DNA from: an uncultured Gammaproteobacteria bacterium
GTDB lineage: Bacteria; Patescibacteriota; Microgenomatia; Daviesbacterales; UBA10151
NCBI GenBank assembly: GCA_964523905.1
Contig: CAZFYQ010000007.1
Span: 10,135-69,187 of the forward strand
Length of the DNA stretch: 59,053 nucleotides
Reading direction: 5' to 3'
A program made the position numbers and the translations under genes. Positions 1 through 8,511 of this stretch are shown here, one piece after another. The notes beneath the pieces are model-generated. The model was not told the DNA's origin. It did no database searches and saw only the letters and a list, made by a program, of their open reading frames with translations. Numbering within the stretch: position 1 is the stretch's first letter; each line of letters begins with the position of its first letter.

Positions 1-10
1 GTGCTTTTCA

Positions 11-775
11 TTAGTTTTTTCTCTCCACCATAAACCGCAACATACTTTCTAAAAGTTGCTGCATTTTATCATCAGCAGTAATTTGACTAACCAGCTTTTT
101 CGCTTTTAAAATATATTCTAAGGCCTTTTTTCTGTCACCCTCCGTAGCTTCTCCGTCGAGCAAATCATCCTGAATCTGAAAAACAATGCCCACATCTTCT
201 CCAAACTCGCCTAACAAATTAATCTGCTCTTTACTAGCTCCAGCCAAAGTTGCACCCAGCTGAAGTGGACCGGCAATAGTATAACGAGCTGTTTTAAGCA
301 GGGCTGTAGTTTCCGGATCCAGCTTTTTTAAATCCATAATTTGACCAACAGCCGTATCCATTAAAGTATTGGCAAATATTTTTAGCGCCTCTTCTTTATT
401 AGGCAGCTTACTTTCTACAATCAGCTTCATACTTAAGAAAAATCCGAAGTCCCCTAAAGTCATAGCAACTTCCGAACTGGTCTTTTTGTACAAAGCAGGC
501 ACCCCTCTTCTCAAGGGACTTTGATCCATAATGTCATCATGCACCAAAATCGCGGTATGCAAAATTTCATAAGCGCAGGCCACATTAATAATTTCTTTAG
601 ACGTACCACCAGCTATTTGGAAACCTAGCATTATTAAACTCCCCCGTACCTTTTTACCACCTAAGCAGGCCTTAGTAAAATCGGAAGTTAACGGATACTG
701 ATATTTTTTTAAGAGAATTTGCGTTTGTTTTTCAATCTCTTTGGCGTCTTTTTGTAATAGCTCTTTGAAGTCCAT
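11..775 (-). CDS. (E)-polyprenyl diphosphate synthase (GGPP/FPP synthase family)
   Basis: 254-aa ORF with both Asp-rich motifs of trans-prenyltransferases (LVHDDIMDQ and FQIQDDLLD). It is divergent from the mevalonate operon. Confidence 0.85.
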   Translation of the reverse strand: MDFKELLQKDAKEIEKQTQILLKKYQYPLTSDFTKACLGGKKVRGSLIMLGFQIAGGTSKEIINVACAYEILHTAILVHDDIMDQSPLRRGVPALYKKTSSEVAMTLGDFGFFLSMKLIVESKLPNKEEALKIFANTLMDTAVGQIMDLKKLDPETTALLKTARYTIAGPLQLGATLAGASKEQINLLGEFGEDVGIVFQIQDDLLDGEATEGDRKKALEYILKAKKLVSQITADDKMQQLLESMLRFMVERKN

Positions 776-822
776 CTGCTAAATTTAACATATTTAGCCT
801 GTTTCTGGTAGAATTGACGTTT

Positions 823-850
823 GTCATCCTGAGCGATTAGCGAAGGATCT
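823..850. repeat. solo arm of the GTCATyCTGAnnG..GAAGrAT palindromic repeat family
   Basis: GTCATCCTGAGCGATTAGCGAAGGATCT is about 90% identical to the left arm at 32474. Its AAGGA lies 10 nt upstream of the hmgA ATG. Confidence 0.7.
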
Positions 851-855
851 ATTTT

Positions 856-2004
856 ATGAAAAACGCGACTACTTTACGAGACTATCCATCTGCTAGACTG
901 AGAAGAGATTTTTTAGCCAAACGGTTAAACATTAATTTGGATAACTTAGCTAATTTTAACTTTACAGAAGAATCAGTTTCTGGCCGTAATATAGAAAACT
1001 TAATCGGCGCTACTCAGATTCCACTGGGGATTGCCGGACCATTAAACATAAAGGGTCAAAGGCTAAGCGGAAATGATTACTATATTCCATTGGCCACTAC
1101 TGAAGGCGCACTAGTTGCTTCTATTTCTCGGGGAGCTAAGGCCATTTCTGAATCTGGCGGAGCCTATGTTGAGCTAAATAGTGTTGGGATTACCAGAAGT
1201 CCAGTTTTTAAAACATCAGGTATTAAAGAATGCGTTGCTGTAAAAATTTGGTTAGGAGAAAACTATCAAAAAATTAAAGAGATCACTGAGGCCACCTCTT
1301 CCCACTTAAAACTATTAAAGATTGATTCCAATTTTACAGGAAGAAGTTTATATATCAGATTTTTTTATGACTCTCAAGATGCCATGGGGATGAATATGGC
1401 CACCATTGCTACAGAGCAAGCTGTCCGTTTTATAGAAAAGAAAACCGGTATTAAATGTGTTTCTATCTCAGGTAACTATGATGTAGACAAAAAAGGCGCT
1501 TGGCTTAACTTTATCAATGGACGTGGTAAAAGAGTTTGGGCTGAGGTAGTAATAAACAAAGAGACGGCGATGAAGGTATTGAAAACTACACCTCAAGCAA
1601 TAGCTGAGATAGTTTATCGAAAATGCTTAGTGGGCTCAGCAATGGCGGGATCACTTGGTTTTAATGCGCACTATGCCAATGTGGTAGCAGCCATTTTTCT
1701 AGCCACCGGCCAAGATCCGGCACATGTGGTTGAAGGATCAATGGGTATAACCACAGCCGAAGTGTTAGATAATGGATCTCTCTATTTTTCTATCTATTTA
1801 CCAGCTCTGGTCGTTGGCACTGTTGGTGGTGGCACACATTTACCTACTCAACAAGCTGCTTTAGAGATTATGCAGGTTCAAAATGTGCTAGAATATTCCA
1901 CTCTTGTAGGCGCAGCTGTACTGGCTGGAGAACTATCTCTAATAGCCTCTTTAGCAGAAGGAAGCCTAGCTAAAGCCCACACAAAATTAGGAAGGAAAAA
2001 ATGA
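856..2004 (+). CDS. hmgA: HMG-CoA reductase, class I type (soluble)
   Basis: 382 aa with class I signatures ENLIGATQIPLGIAGPL, TTEGALVAS, DAMGMNM and GTVGGGT. No membrane domain. Confidence 0.9.
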   Translation: MKNATTLRDYPSARLRRDFLAKRLNINLDNLANFNFTEESVSGRNIENLIGATQIPLGIAGPLNIKGQRLSGNDYYIPLATTEGALVASISRGAKAISESGGAYVELNSVGITRSPVFKTSGIKECVAVKIWLGENYQKIKEITEATSSHLKLLKIDSNFTGRSLYIRFFYDSQDAMGMNMATIATEQAVRFIEKKTGIKCVSISGNYDVDKKGAWLNFINGRGKRVWAEVVINKETAMKVLKTTPQAIAEIVYRKCLVGSAMAGSLGFNAHYANVVAAIFLATGQDPAHVVEGSMGITTAEVLDNGSLYFSIYLPALVVGTVGGGTHLPTQQAALEIMQVQNVLEYSTLVGAAVLAGELSLIASLAEGSLAKAHTKLGRKK

Positions 2005-3044
2005 TCGGTATTGTATCCTATGGCACTTACATTCCTAAATACAGAATTAAACCAACTGATATTGCCACGGCCTGGGGCAAAGAAGCCCCGGAGGTGGAGC
2101 GGTCTTTGGGGGTATTTGAAAAAGCCATTGCCTCGATTGATGAAGATGCAGTTACTCTGGCTATTGAAGCCTCATCTCGGGCCCTAAACTATGCCAATAT
2201 TGACCCTAAAGACATTGGTGGCATTACCATTGGCTCAGAATCACATCCTTATGCAGTAAAACCTTCTTCTACGATTGTGGCGGAGATTTTAGGGATGGGT
2301 CATGATTACCTGGCTGCTGATTTGGAATTTGCTTGCAAAGCCGGCACTGCCGGGATTCAACTGTTATCCGGCTTAGTGGCTCAAAAAAAAGCTAAACTGG
2401 TAATGGCTGTCGGTAGCGATGTGGCCCAATCGAAACCTTCTGATGTCTTGGAATACACTGCCTCCTCTGCCGCAGCTTCCTATATATTAGGAGACCGCAA
2501 AACGATTGCCAACATTATTGATTTTACTTCCTTTTCCTCTGATACCGCTGATTTCTGGCGCAAAGATACGGAAAAATTCCCTTCTCACGGCGGTCGTTTT
2601 ACCGGAGAGCCAGCCTACTTTGCCCATGTGATGGGAGCTTCTAAAAAAATGTTGGAAAAAACCAAGCTGACCCCTCAAGATTTTGACTACGCGGTATTCC
2701 ATATGCCAAATGCCAAATTTCCCAAAGAAGTAGCTAAAAGATTGGGTTTTACTGAAGCGCAAATTAAACCGGGCTTTGTGGTTCCTCAGATTGGTAACCC
2801 TTATTCCGGCTCTTCTTTAGTAGGACTGGCAGCAACTTTGGATATTGCCAAACCCAAGCAAAAAATCTTTGTTTGTTCATATGGGTCCGGAGCCGGCTCT
2901 GATGCTTTTGTGATTGAAACTACGAGCCTATTACCGGCTTTTCAAAAAGCCAATCAGCATCCGGTAGAGCAGCAAATTAAACATAAAAAGCATATTGATT
3001 ACTCCTTGATTGCCAGAAATATCTTAACAAAATACAGAATATAA
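2001..3044 (+). CDS. HMG-CoA synthase, short archaeal-type
   Basis: 347-aa condensing enzyme (Cys context EFACKAGT). It overlaps hmgA by 4 nt and is followed by thiolase and DUF35, as in archaeal clusters. Confidence 0.85.
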   Translation: MIGIVSYGTYIPKYRIKPTDIATAWGKEAPEVERSLGVFEKAIASIDEDAVTLAIEASSRALNYANIDPKDIGGITIGSESHPYAVKPSSTIVAEILGMGHDYLAADLEFACKAGTAGIQLLSGLVAQKKAKLVMAVGSDVAQSKPSDVLEYTASSAAASYILGDRKTIANIIDFTSFSSDTADFWRKDTEKFPSHGGRFTGEPAYFAHVMGASKKMLEKTKLTPQDFDYAVFHMPNAKFPKEVAKRLGFTEAQIKPGFVVPQIGNPYSGSSLVGLAATLDIAKPKQKIFVCSYGSGAGSDAFVIETTSLLPAFQKANQHPVEQQIKHKKHIDYSLIARNILTKYRI

Positions 3045-3046
3045 CC

Positions 3047-4204
3047 ATGAAAATCAAAGTCGCTGGCACTGGTGTAACTAAATTTGGGGAACTTTGGGAT
3101 CAAACTCTGTTTGATCTGGCAGAGCAAGCCAGTCTTGAAGCGATTAATGATTCAAGATTAATGATTAAAGATATTGACGCAGTTTTTGTTGGCAACATGA
3201 TCTATGGTAAAGTGGCTGGACAAGATCATCTAGGGCCAGCAATTGCCTCACACTTAGGTATTAAAGGAGCGGCTTTTCGCATTGAAGGCGCCTGTGCTTC
3301 CGGTGGTTTGGCAGTACATTTGGCCATCCAGTCGCTTTTGGCCGGAACTTACAAGAAAGTATTGGTGGTGGGAGTAGAAAAAATGACCGATGCATCCATT
3401 GCTGAGATAACTTCGGCTTTAATGGGTGCTGGATCAGAAATGGAAAGAAAAGCCGGCTTAACTTTCCCGGGACTGTACGCTCTGATGGCCAAAGCCCATA
3501 TGGAAAAATATGGCACTACCAGAAAACACTTAGCTTCCGTGGCAGTTAAAAATCATTATCATGGCTCTTTAAATCCTAAAGCCCAATTCCCTTTCATAGT
3601 GACTGAGGAAAAAGTATTAAACAGCTCTTCCATTAGCTCTCCGTTTACTTTATTTGATGCCTCTCCAATTACTGATGGAGCAGCAGCTTTAGTTTTAACA
3701 ATAGATGATGGCGAAGACGGAGTCTTCATTACTGGATCTGCCGTGGCCACTGACACTGTTGATTTAGCAGACCGCAAATCCTTAACTGAGATTGCTGCAA
3801 CCAAGGAGGCCTCTCAAAAAGCTTTGCAACAAGCCGGGGTTAAGATTTCTGATATTGATGTGGCCGAGATTCATGATTGTTTTACCATTGCTGAAATCAT
3901 GGCCATGGAAGATTTAGGTTTTTGTAAAAAAGGTGACGGTGGTAAATATGTCTATAGCGGAGCTACTAGAATAGGCAGCCAAATTACCAAATTAGGCGGT
4001 AAAGTTCCGGTTAATACCTCTGGTGGTTTAAAAGCCTGCGGACACCCGGTTGGTGCAACAGGAGTAAAACAAATTGTCGAAATTGCTGATCAGTTAAGAA
4101 ACAGACTGGGCACAAGACAAGTCAAAGATGCCAAAATTGGTTTAACCCAGAATGTCGGAGGAACAGGAGCTACAGTGGTAGTTCACATATTACAAAATGA
4201 GTAG
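3047..4204 (+). CDS. acetyl-CoA acetyltransferase (archaeal-type thiolase)
   Basis: 385 aa. Active-site Cys context EGACASGG; C-terminal GHPVGATG and NVGGTGA motifs. Confidence 0.85.
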   Translation: MKIKVAGTGVTKFGELWDQTLFDLAEQASLEAINDSRLMIKDIDAVFVGNMIYGKVAGQDHLGPAIASHLGIKGAAFRIEGACASGGLAVHLAIQSLLAGTYKKVLVVGVEKMTDASIAEITSALMGAGSEMERKAGLTFPGLYALMAKAHMEKYGTTRKHLASVAVKNHYHGSLNPKAQFPFIVTEEKVLNSSSISSPFTLFDASPITDGAAALVLTIDDGEDGVFITGSAVATDTVDLADRKSLTEIAATKEASQKALQQAGVKISDIDVAEIHDCFTIAEIMAMEDLGFCKKGDGGKYVYSGATRIGSQITKLGGKVPVNTSGGLKACGHPVGATGVKQIVEIADQLRNRLGTRQVKDAKIGLTQNVGGTGATVVVHILQNE

Positions 4205-4499
4205 TCCAGTTACAATTTGGCGGTCGCATAAAACATTAAGTACCTCTTTAAATAAGGTAGGGCGGCTAATGGTTTGGACTAAGATTTTTGTGGCACCTGG
4301 TGGTTTTGAGCACCAAATCCCCTATTTAGTAGGTATTGTCAAATTTGCAGATGGCACCAAAATGCCTTTGCAAATTGTTGACTGTGAAGAATCCGATCTA
4401 AAACCTAATCAAAAAGTAATAACCGTTATCCGCAAAATTGGTAAAGCCAGGTCAGAAGACGTCATTGAATATGGCATTAAAGTTAAGCCACAACTATGA
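4197..4499 (+). CDS. DUF35-type OB-fold protein lacking the zinc ribbon
   Basis: 100 aa, overlapping the thiolase stop by 8 nt. Its position matches the DUF35 partner of the archaeal thiolase/HMGCS pair. It has only one Cys, so no CxxC..CxxC ribbon. Confidence 0.6.
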   Translation: MSSPVTIWRSHKTLSTSLNKVGRLMVWTKIFVAPGGFEHQIPYLVGIVKFADGTKMPLQIVDCEESDLKPNQKVITVIRKIGKARSEDVIEYGIKVKPQL

Positions 4500-4521
4500 T
4501 AACTAGTTGTGGTAAACCTCT

Positions 4522-5304
4522 ATGATCAAAGTTTCCGTCCCTGGCAAGATTCACTTGATTGGTGAACATACTGTAGTCTACGGAAAGCCAGCATTAATTT
4601 CGGCAATCAGTTTAAGAGTTTATCTGACCATTGGCAAAAAACTAGCTGATTACACATTTAAAACAGAAATACCCAAAGGAGCTGGACTGGGTTCTTCAGC
4701 AGCGGTTTCTGCAGCGGTGATTGCTGCAATGTTATCTTATTTGAAAGTTAAATGGGATAAAAATTTGGTTAATCACCTGACCTATGAGGCTGAAAAAACC
4801 TTTCATGGCACACCCTCTGGCGGAGATAATACTGCGGTAATCTATGGGGGAACGATTAGATTTCAAGCAGGAGCTTTCTCCCCCATTAAAACTAAGATTA
4901 AACAATTTATCCTGATTAATTCTGGTAAGCCAGTTGAATCAACAAAACAAATGGTTAAAGTAGCCAAGCCAAAAATTAATTTAATTCTCAAATCTCAAAC
5001 TAAATTAATTGAGAAGATGGTTACCGCTTTGGAAACAGGGGGAAATTTAATTCCCATTATAAAAAAAGCAGAAAAAAACCTGGAAAAAATTGGAGTGGTT
5101 GGAAACCTAGCTAAAAAGATTGTTAAAGATATTGAAAATCTTGGTGGTGCTGCTAAAATTTCCGGTGCCGGAGGCGTCAAGATGGGTTCTGGCATGCTAC
5201 TTTGTTACCATTCCAATCCTAAAATCCTGCTTAATTATGCCAAAAGTAAAAATTTAGAGGCTTTTACGGTAAAATTAGGGGCAGAGGGTTTAAGAAATGA
5301 ATAA
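4522..5304 (+). CDS. GHMP kinase, mevalonate-kinase-like (short, 260 aa)
   Basis: Motifs PGKIHLIGEHTVVYG, GAGLGSSAAVSAA, HGTPSGGDNT and ISGAGG. Confidence 0.75.
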   Translation: MIKVSVPGKIHLIGEHTVVYGKPALISAISLRVYLTIGKKLADYTFKTEIPKGAGLGSSAAVSAAVIAAMLSYLKVKWDKNLVNHLTYEAEKTFHGTPSGGDNTAVIYGGTIRFQAGAFSPIKTKIKQFILINSGKPVESTKQMVKVAKPKINLILKSQTKLIEKMVTALETGGNLIPIIKKAEKNLEKIGVVGNLAKKIVKDIENLGGAAKISGAGGVKMGSGMLLCYHSNPKILLNYAKSKNLEAFTVKLGAEGLRNE

Positions 5305-6286
5305 TATAACTGTTTCAGCACCGGGAAAATTAATGTTACTTGGAGAACATGCTGTGGTGTATGGCAGACCTTGTTTGGTTACTGCAGTTGACCAAAGAAT
5401 GTCTGTTACCATTGAGTTAACTGACCAACCAATCTTTGAGCTAGAAGCACCTGAAGTACAAATCACAAATTACAAAAAACAAATTACAAATTTAGGAACA
5501 GGAAACATCCCTAAAGGAGCACAGTTTGTCGAATTGGCAGTAAAAAACTACCTAACGTCATTGCGAGGAGCGGAGCGACGAAGCAATCTTTCAGGAATTA
5601 AAGTCAGCACTAAATCAGAATTTAGCTCTCAATTTGGATTTGGCTCTTCATCTGCCTCAACTGTTTGTGTAATTGCTGCTTTATCAAAGCTAACCAACCA
5701 ATCACTCTCTAACAAAGAATTGTTTGACCTGTCCTACAAAACTGTTTTAGATATCCAGGGCAAAGGATCTGGTTTTGATGTGGCAGCAGCCATTTTTGGT
5801 GGCACTTTACACTATATTACCGGTGGCAAACTAATTGAACCGGTAAACATCCCTTCTTTGCCTTTGATTATTGGCTATACGGGAGTAAAAGCTGATACTG
5901 TTACTTTAGTTAACCAGGTCTCGGATCTGGCACAAAAATACCCGGAAATTGTGGAGGATATTTATGACCAAATTTTATTGTTAGTTGAAATTGCCAAGGT
6001 TGGTTTAGAAAAAAACCATTTAGAAGAAGTTGGACAAGTGATGAATATCAACCAGGGGTTGCTGTCTGCTTTGGGAGTAAGTAGTGATAAGCTGGAAACC
6101 ATGATTTATGCTGCCAGGAATGCCGGAGCATACGGAGCAAAACTATCCGGAGCCGGTGGCGGAGATTGTATGATTGCTCTAGCTCCTCCATCTAAAATCT
6201 CTGCTGTTAAAAAAGCCATTGAAAAAGCCGGCGGACAAATACTTGAAGTAGAAACTAACGCTGAAGGAGTAAGAATAGAACCATGA
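5297..6286 (+). CDS. second GHMP kinase of the pathway (phosphomevalonate kinase candidate)
   Basis: Motifs APGKLMLLGEHAVVYG, GFGSSSAS, GSGFDVAAAIFGG and KLSGAGGGDCM. It overlaps the upstream kinase by 8 nt and carries two in-frame repeat insertions (5458-5492, 5557-5588). Confidence 0.7.
   Translation: MNNITVSAPGKLMLLGEHAVVYGRPCLVTAVDQRMSVTIELTDQPIFELEAPEVQITNYKKQITNLGTGNIPKGAQFVELAVKNYLTSLRGAERRSNLSGIKVSTKSEFSSQFGFGSSSASTVCVIAALSKLTNQSLSNKELFDLSYKTVLDIQGKGSGFDVAAAIFGGTLHYITGGKLIEPVNIPSLPLIIGYTGVKADTVTLVNQVSDLAQKYPEIVEDIYDQILLLVEIAKVGLEKNHLEEVGQVMNINQGLLSALGVSSDKLETMIYAARNAGAYGAKLSGAGGGDCMIALAPPSKISAVKKAIEKAGGQILEVETNAEGVRIEP
5458..5492. repeat. tandem heptamer tract (ACAAATY x5), in-frame in a GHMP kinase
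   Basis: ACAAATC ACAAATT ACAAAAA ACAAATT ACAAATT, translated as QITNYKKQITN. Confidence 0.8.
5557..5588. repeat. variant repeat arm inserted in-frame in the second GHMP kinase
   Basis: GTCATTGCGAGGAGCGGAGCGACGAAGCAATC, translated as SLRGAERRSNL. Confidence 0.6.
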
Positions 6287-7251
6287 AAGCCACTGCGATT
6301 GCGCCTTCCAACATTGCCTTTACCAAATACTGGGGCAGAAAAGATGAAACCTTAAGGCTTCCGGAAAACGGAAGTATTTCAATGTGTTTATCTAATCTAC
6401 TCACAACTACTACAGTCGACTTTAGCGACTCCTATGACTTAGACGACATTACAATTGACGGCCAGAAAGAAAATAACCGGGTCAGTGAACATTTAGATCG
6501 GATCAGAAAAATTGCTGGTATTAATTTAAAAGCTAAAGTAGTTTCCAAAAATAATTTCCCTTCTGGCACTGGCCTATCTTCTTCTGCTTCAGGCTTTGCT
6601 GCTTTAACAGTAGCCGCTACGGCTGCTGCTGGGCTTAAATTATCCGAAAAAGAGCTCTCAATCTTGGCAAGACTTGGCTCTGGTTCTGCTTGTAGATCCA
6701 TCCCTGATGGATTTGTGGAGTGGCTGGATGGTAATAATTCTGAAACTTCCTATGCCAAAACTATTTTCCCTGCCAATTACTGGCAGATTGCTGATGTAGT
6801 AGCAGTTGTTAGTACTGGTAAGAAAGAGGTGTCAACATCGGTAGGTCAGCAAATGGCTCTTTCTTCCCCATTTATGAAAACAAGACTGTCAAATATGGCA
6901 AAAAAGAATGCAAAAGTTAAGCATTTAATTGAACAAAAAAAGTTTGCAGAGTTTGGCGAATTGATACAAGCCGAGGCACTAGAGCTACATGCCATTATGT
7001 TAACCCAAACTCCCCATTTAATCTATTGGACCCCCGGGACTCTAAAGATTATGAAATTATGTTCTAAATGGAGAAACGAAGGACTTGGGGTCTATTTTAC
7101 TATTAATACTGGTCAAGATATTCACTTAATTGTGGAGCAAAAAAATGTTGAAAAATTAAAAAAGAAATTAAAACTCCTGCCCGAGGTTAAACAAATTATT
7201 GTTAATAACCCCGGGCCAGGAGCTAGGCTATCAAATAGCCATTTATTTTAA
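6283..7251 (+). CDS. mvaD: diphosphomevalonate decarboxylase
   Basis: 322 aa with APSNIAFTKYWGRKD, GLSSSASGFAAL and GSGSACRS motifs. 4-nt overlap with the upstream kinase. Confidence 0.85.
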   Translation: MKATAIAPSNIAFTKYWGRKDETLRLPENGSISMCLSNLLTTTTVDFSDSYDLDDITIDGQKENNRVSEHLDRIRKIAGINLKAKVVSKNNFPSGTGLSSSASGFAALTVAATAAAGLKLSEKELSILARLGSGSACRSIPDGFVEWLDGNNSETSYAKTIFPANYWQIADVVAVVSTGKKEVSTSVGQQMALSSPFMKTRLSNMAKKNAKVKHLIEQKKFAEFGELIQAEALELHAIMLTQTPHLIYWTPGTLKIMKLCSKWRNEGLGVYFTINTGQDIHLIVEQKNVEKLKKKLKLLPEVKQIIVNNPGPGARLSNSHLF

Positions 7252-7273
7252 AAAACCAACCTATTCTGGTTGG
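7250..7273 (-). terminator. intrinsic terminator of the idi-small ORF unit
   Basis: Minus strand CCAACC-AGAATA-GGTTGG followed by TTTTTT. The 5' arm lies in the last codons of the small ORF. Confidence 0.65.
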
Positions 7274-7446
7274 CTTAAAATTTCTACTCTTACCGCTGTT
7301 ATTGCTAGCTCTTCTACGCCACGCAATACAGGATCAGTTACAGGCCCGATGTAGTCGCTCCTCAATGGATGTGTTGAAGGACTACTACCAACTTCTGTAA
7401 CTCCCGTACCTAAACCAACTCTACCCTGACCTGATTCTCTTTCCAT
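7261..7446 (-). CDS. small hypothetical protein (61 aa) co-transcribed with idi
   Basis: The ATG at 7446 lies 5 nt downstream of a GGAGGTGA Shine-Dalgarno whose TGA is the idi stop codon. An intrinsic terminator overlaps the ORF's last codons. The track ORF (7261..7464) starts 18 nt further upstream. Confidence 0.6.
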   Translation of the reverse strand: MERESGQGRVGLGTGVTEVGSSPSTHPLRSDYIGPVTDPVLRGVEELAITAVRVEILSQPE

Positions 7447-7450
7447 ATAA

Positions 7451-7990
7451 TCACCTCCTTTCAAAAAAATTGTGAGTTTTCAAAATCTCCACCGCTCCTG
7501 GTACCCAAGGAGCATATTGTTGAGGATTTTCTGCAAAATCTTTTAGGAAATCGGCTTTTGATAACCATTTATATTCATAACCGGCTTCCGGATTAAGTTC
7601 AAATTGGCCATTATATTCGCCCACTATTAGATGACAGTATTCATTTTCGCAGTACTCTTTATATTTTCCGAAGTAATTAAAAGTTCCAAAATCTTTTAAC
7701 TGGACTTTTTCTGTGATGTTATATTCTCGATCTAAACAGCGGCTTGAGGCCTCATCAATAGTTTCATCTTTATTTTCCAGATGGAGTGGGTGAGTATCCG
7801 CAGTAAAACACCAGATATCATCAAATACTAAATGCTTTCTTCTTTGTAAAAGCATTTGGCCCTTTTCGTTAAAAAGCACAATGGTAATACCAATATGCCT
7901 TCGGCCTTCACCAATGTGCCCATCCATTCGGGGGATGTATTCTTGGAAGTTACCGTTATTATCACAAGCGAGGATAATTTGCTCTGACAT
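7451..7990 (-). CDS. idi: isopentenyl-diphosphate delta-isomerase, type 1 (Nudix fold)
   Basis: 179 aa with a Nudix-like core and Cys/Glu-containing segments (WCFTADTHP, EYCHLIVGE). Convergent with the mevalonate operon. Confidence 0.7.
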   Translation of the reverse strand: MSEQIILACDNNGNFQEYIPRMDGHIGEGRRHIGITIVLFNEKGQMLLQRRKHLVFDDIWCFTADTHPLHLENKDETIDEASSRCLDREYNITEKVQLKDFGTFNYFGKYKEYCENEYCHLIVGEYNGQFELNPEAGYEYKWLSKADFLKDFAENPQQYAPWVPGAVEILKTHNFFERR

Positions 7991-8035
7991 TAAGGAGAAT
8001 CATACACCAGTTATGTTATAATCGGAAGAATCAAA

Positions 8036-8413
8036 ATGAATAAAAACTGGCTCTATTTTATAGTTGGATTCATTGTTTTACTGGGTCTGTTTTATGCTTT
8101 AAAGCCAAAACCAACTGGCCCCACTAGCGTTGTTCCTGCACAAACTGCAAAAACCTTTACTTTGATAGTCCAGAATAAAAAATTAGTTTCTGGCCCGGAT
8201 ACTTTAAAGGTCACTGAAGGTGATAAAGTAACGATTAATATCACCAATGACGCCCCAGAAGAGCTACATTTGCATGGTTATGATAAACATATTGATTTAG
8301 AAGCCTCTAAGTCAGGACAACTTACTTTTACCGCCAATTTAACCGGCCGCTTCCCTTATGAGCTGGAAAACTCCAAAACCGAAATCGGCGCTTTAGAAGT
8401 CCAGCCAAAATGA
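8036..8413 (+). CDS. membrane-anchored cupredoxin-like protein
   Basis: N-terminal TM helix followed by a beta-rich domain resembling EfeO-type cupredoxin-like domains (VTEGDKVTINITND, ELHLHGYD, GQLTFTANLTGRFPYEL). It has no Cys/Met ligand set. Confidence 0.4.
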   Translation: MNKNWLYFIVGFIVLLGLFYALKPKPTGPTSVVPAQTAKTFTLIVQNKKLVSGPDTLKVTEGDKVTINITNDAPEELHLHGYDKHIDLEASKSGQLTFTANLTGRFPYELENSKTEIGALEVQPK

Positions 8414-8421
8414 CACGAAGT

Positions 8422-8511
8422 GTCATCCTGAGGGAGTGTACGACCGAAGGATCTCTCAACTTGTTTGAGCACACATTCGTGTGAGATTCTTCACTAATCG
8501 TTCAGAATGAC
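8422..8511. repeat. complete palindromic element (two inverted arms), intergenic
   Basis: The left arm is GTCATCCTGAGGGAGTGTACGACCGAAGGATCTC. The right arm, reverse-complemented, is GTCATTCTGAACGATTAGTGAAGAATCTC. The right arm supplies the ATG of the 8507 ORF. Confidence 0.75.
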
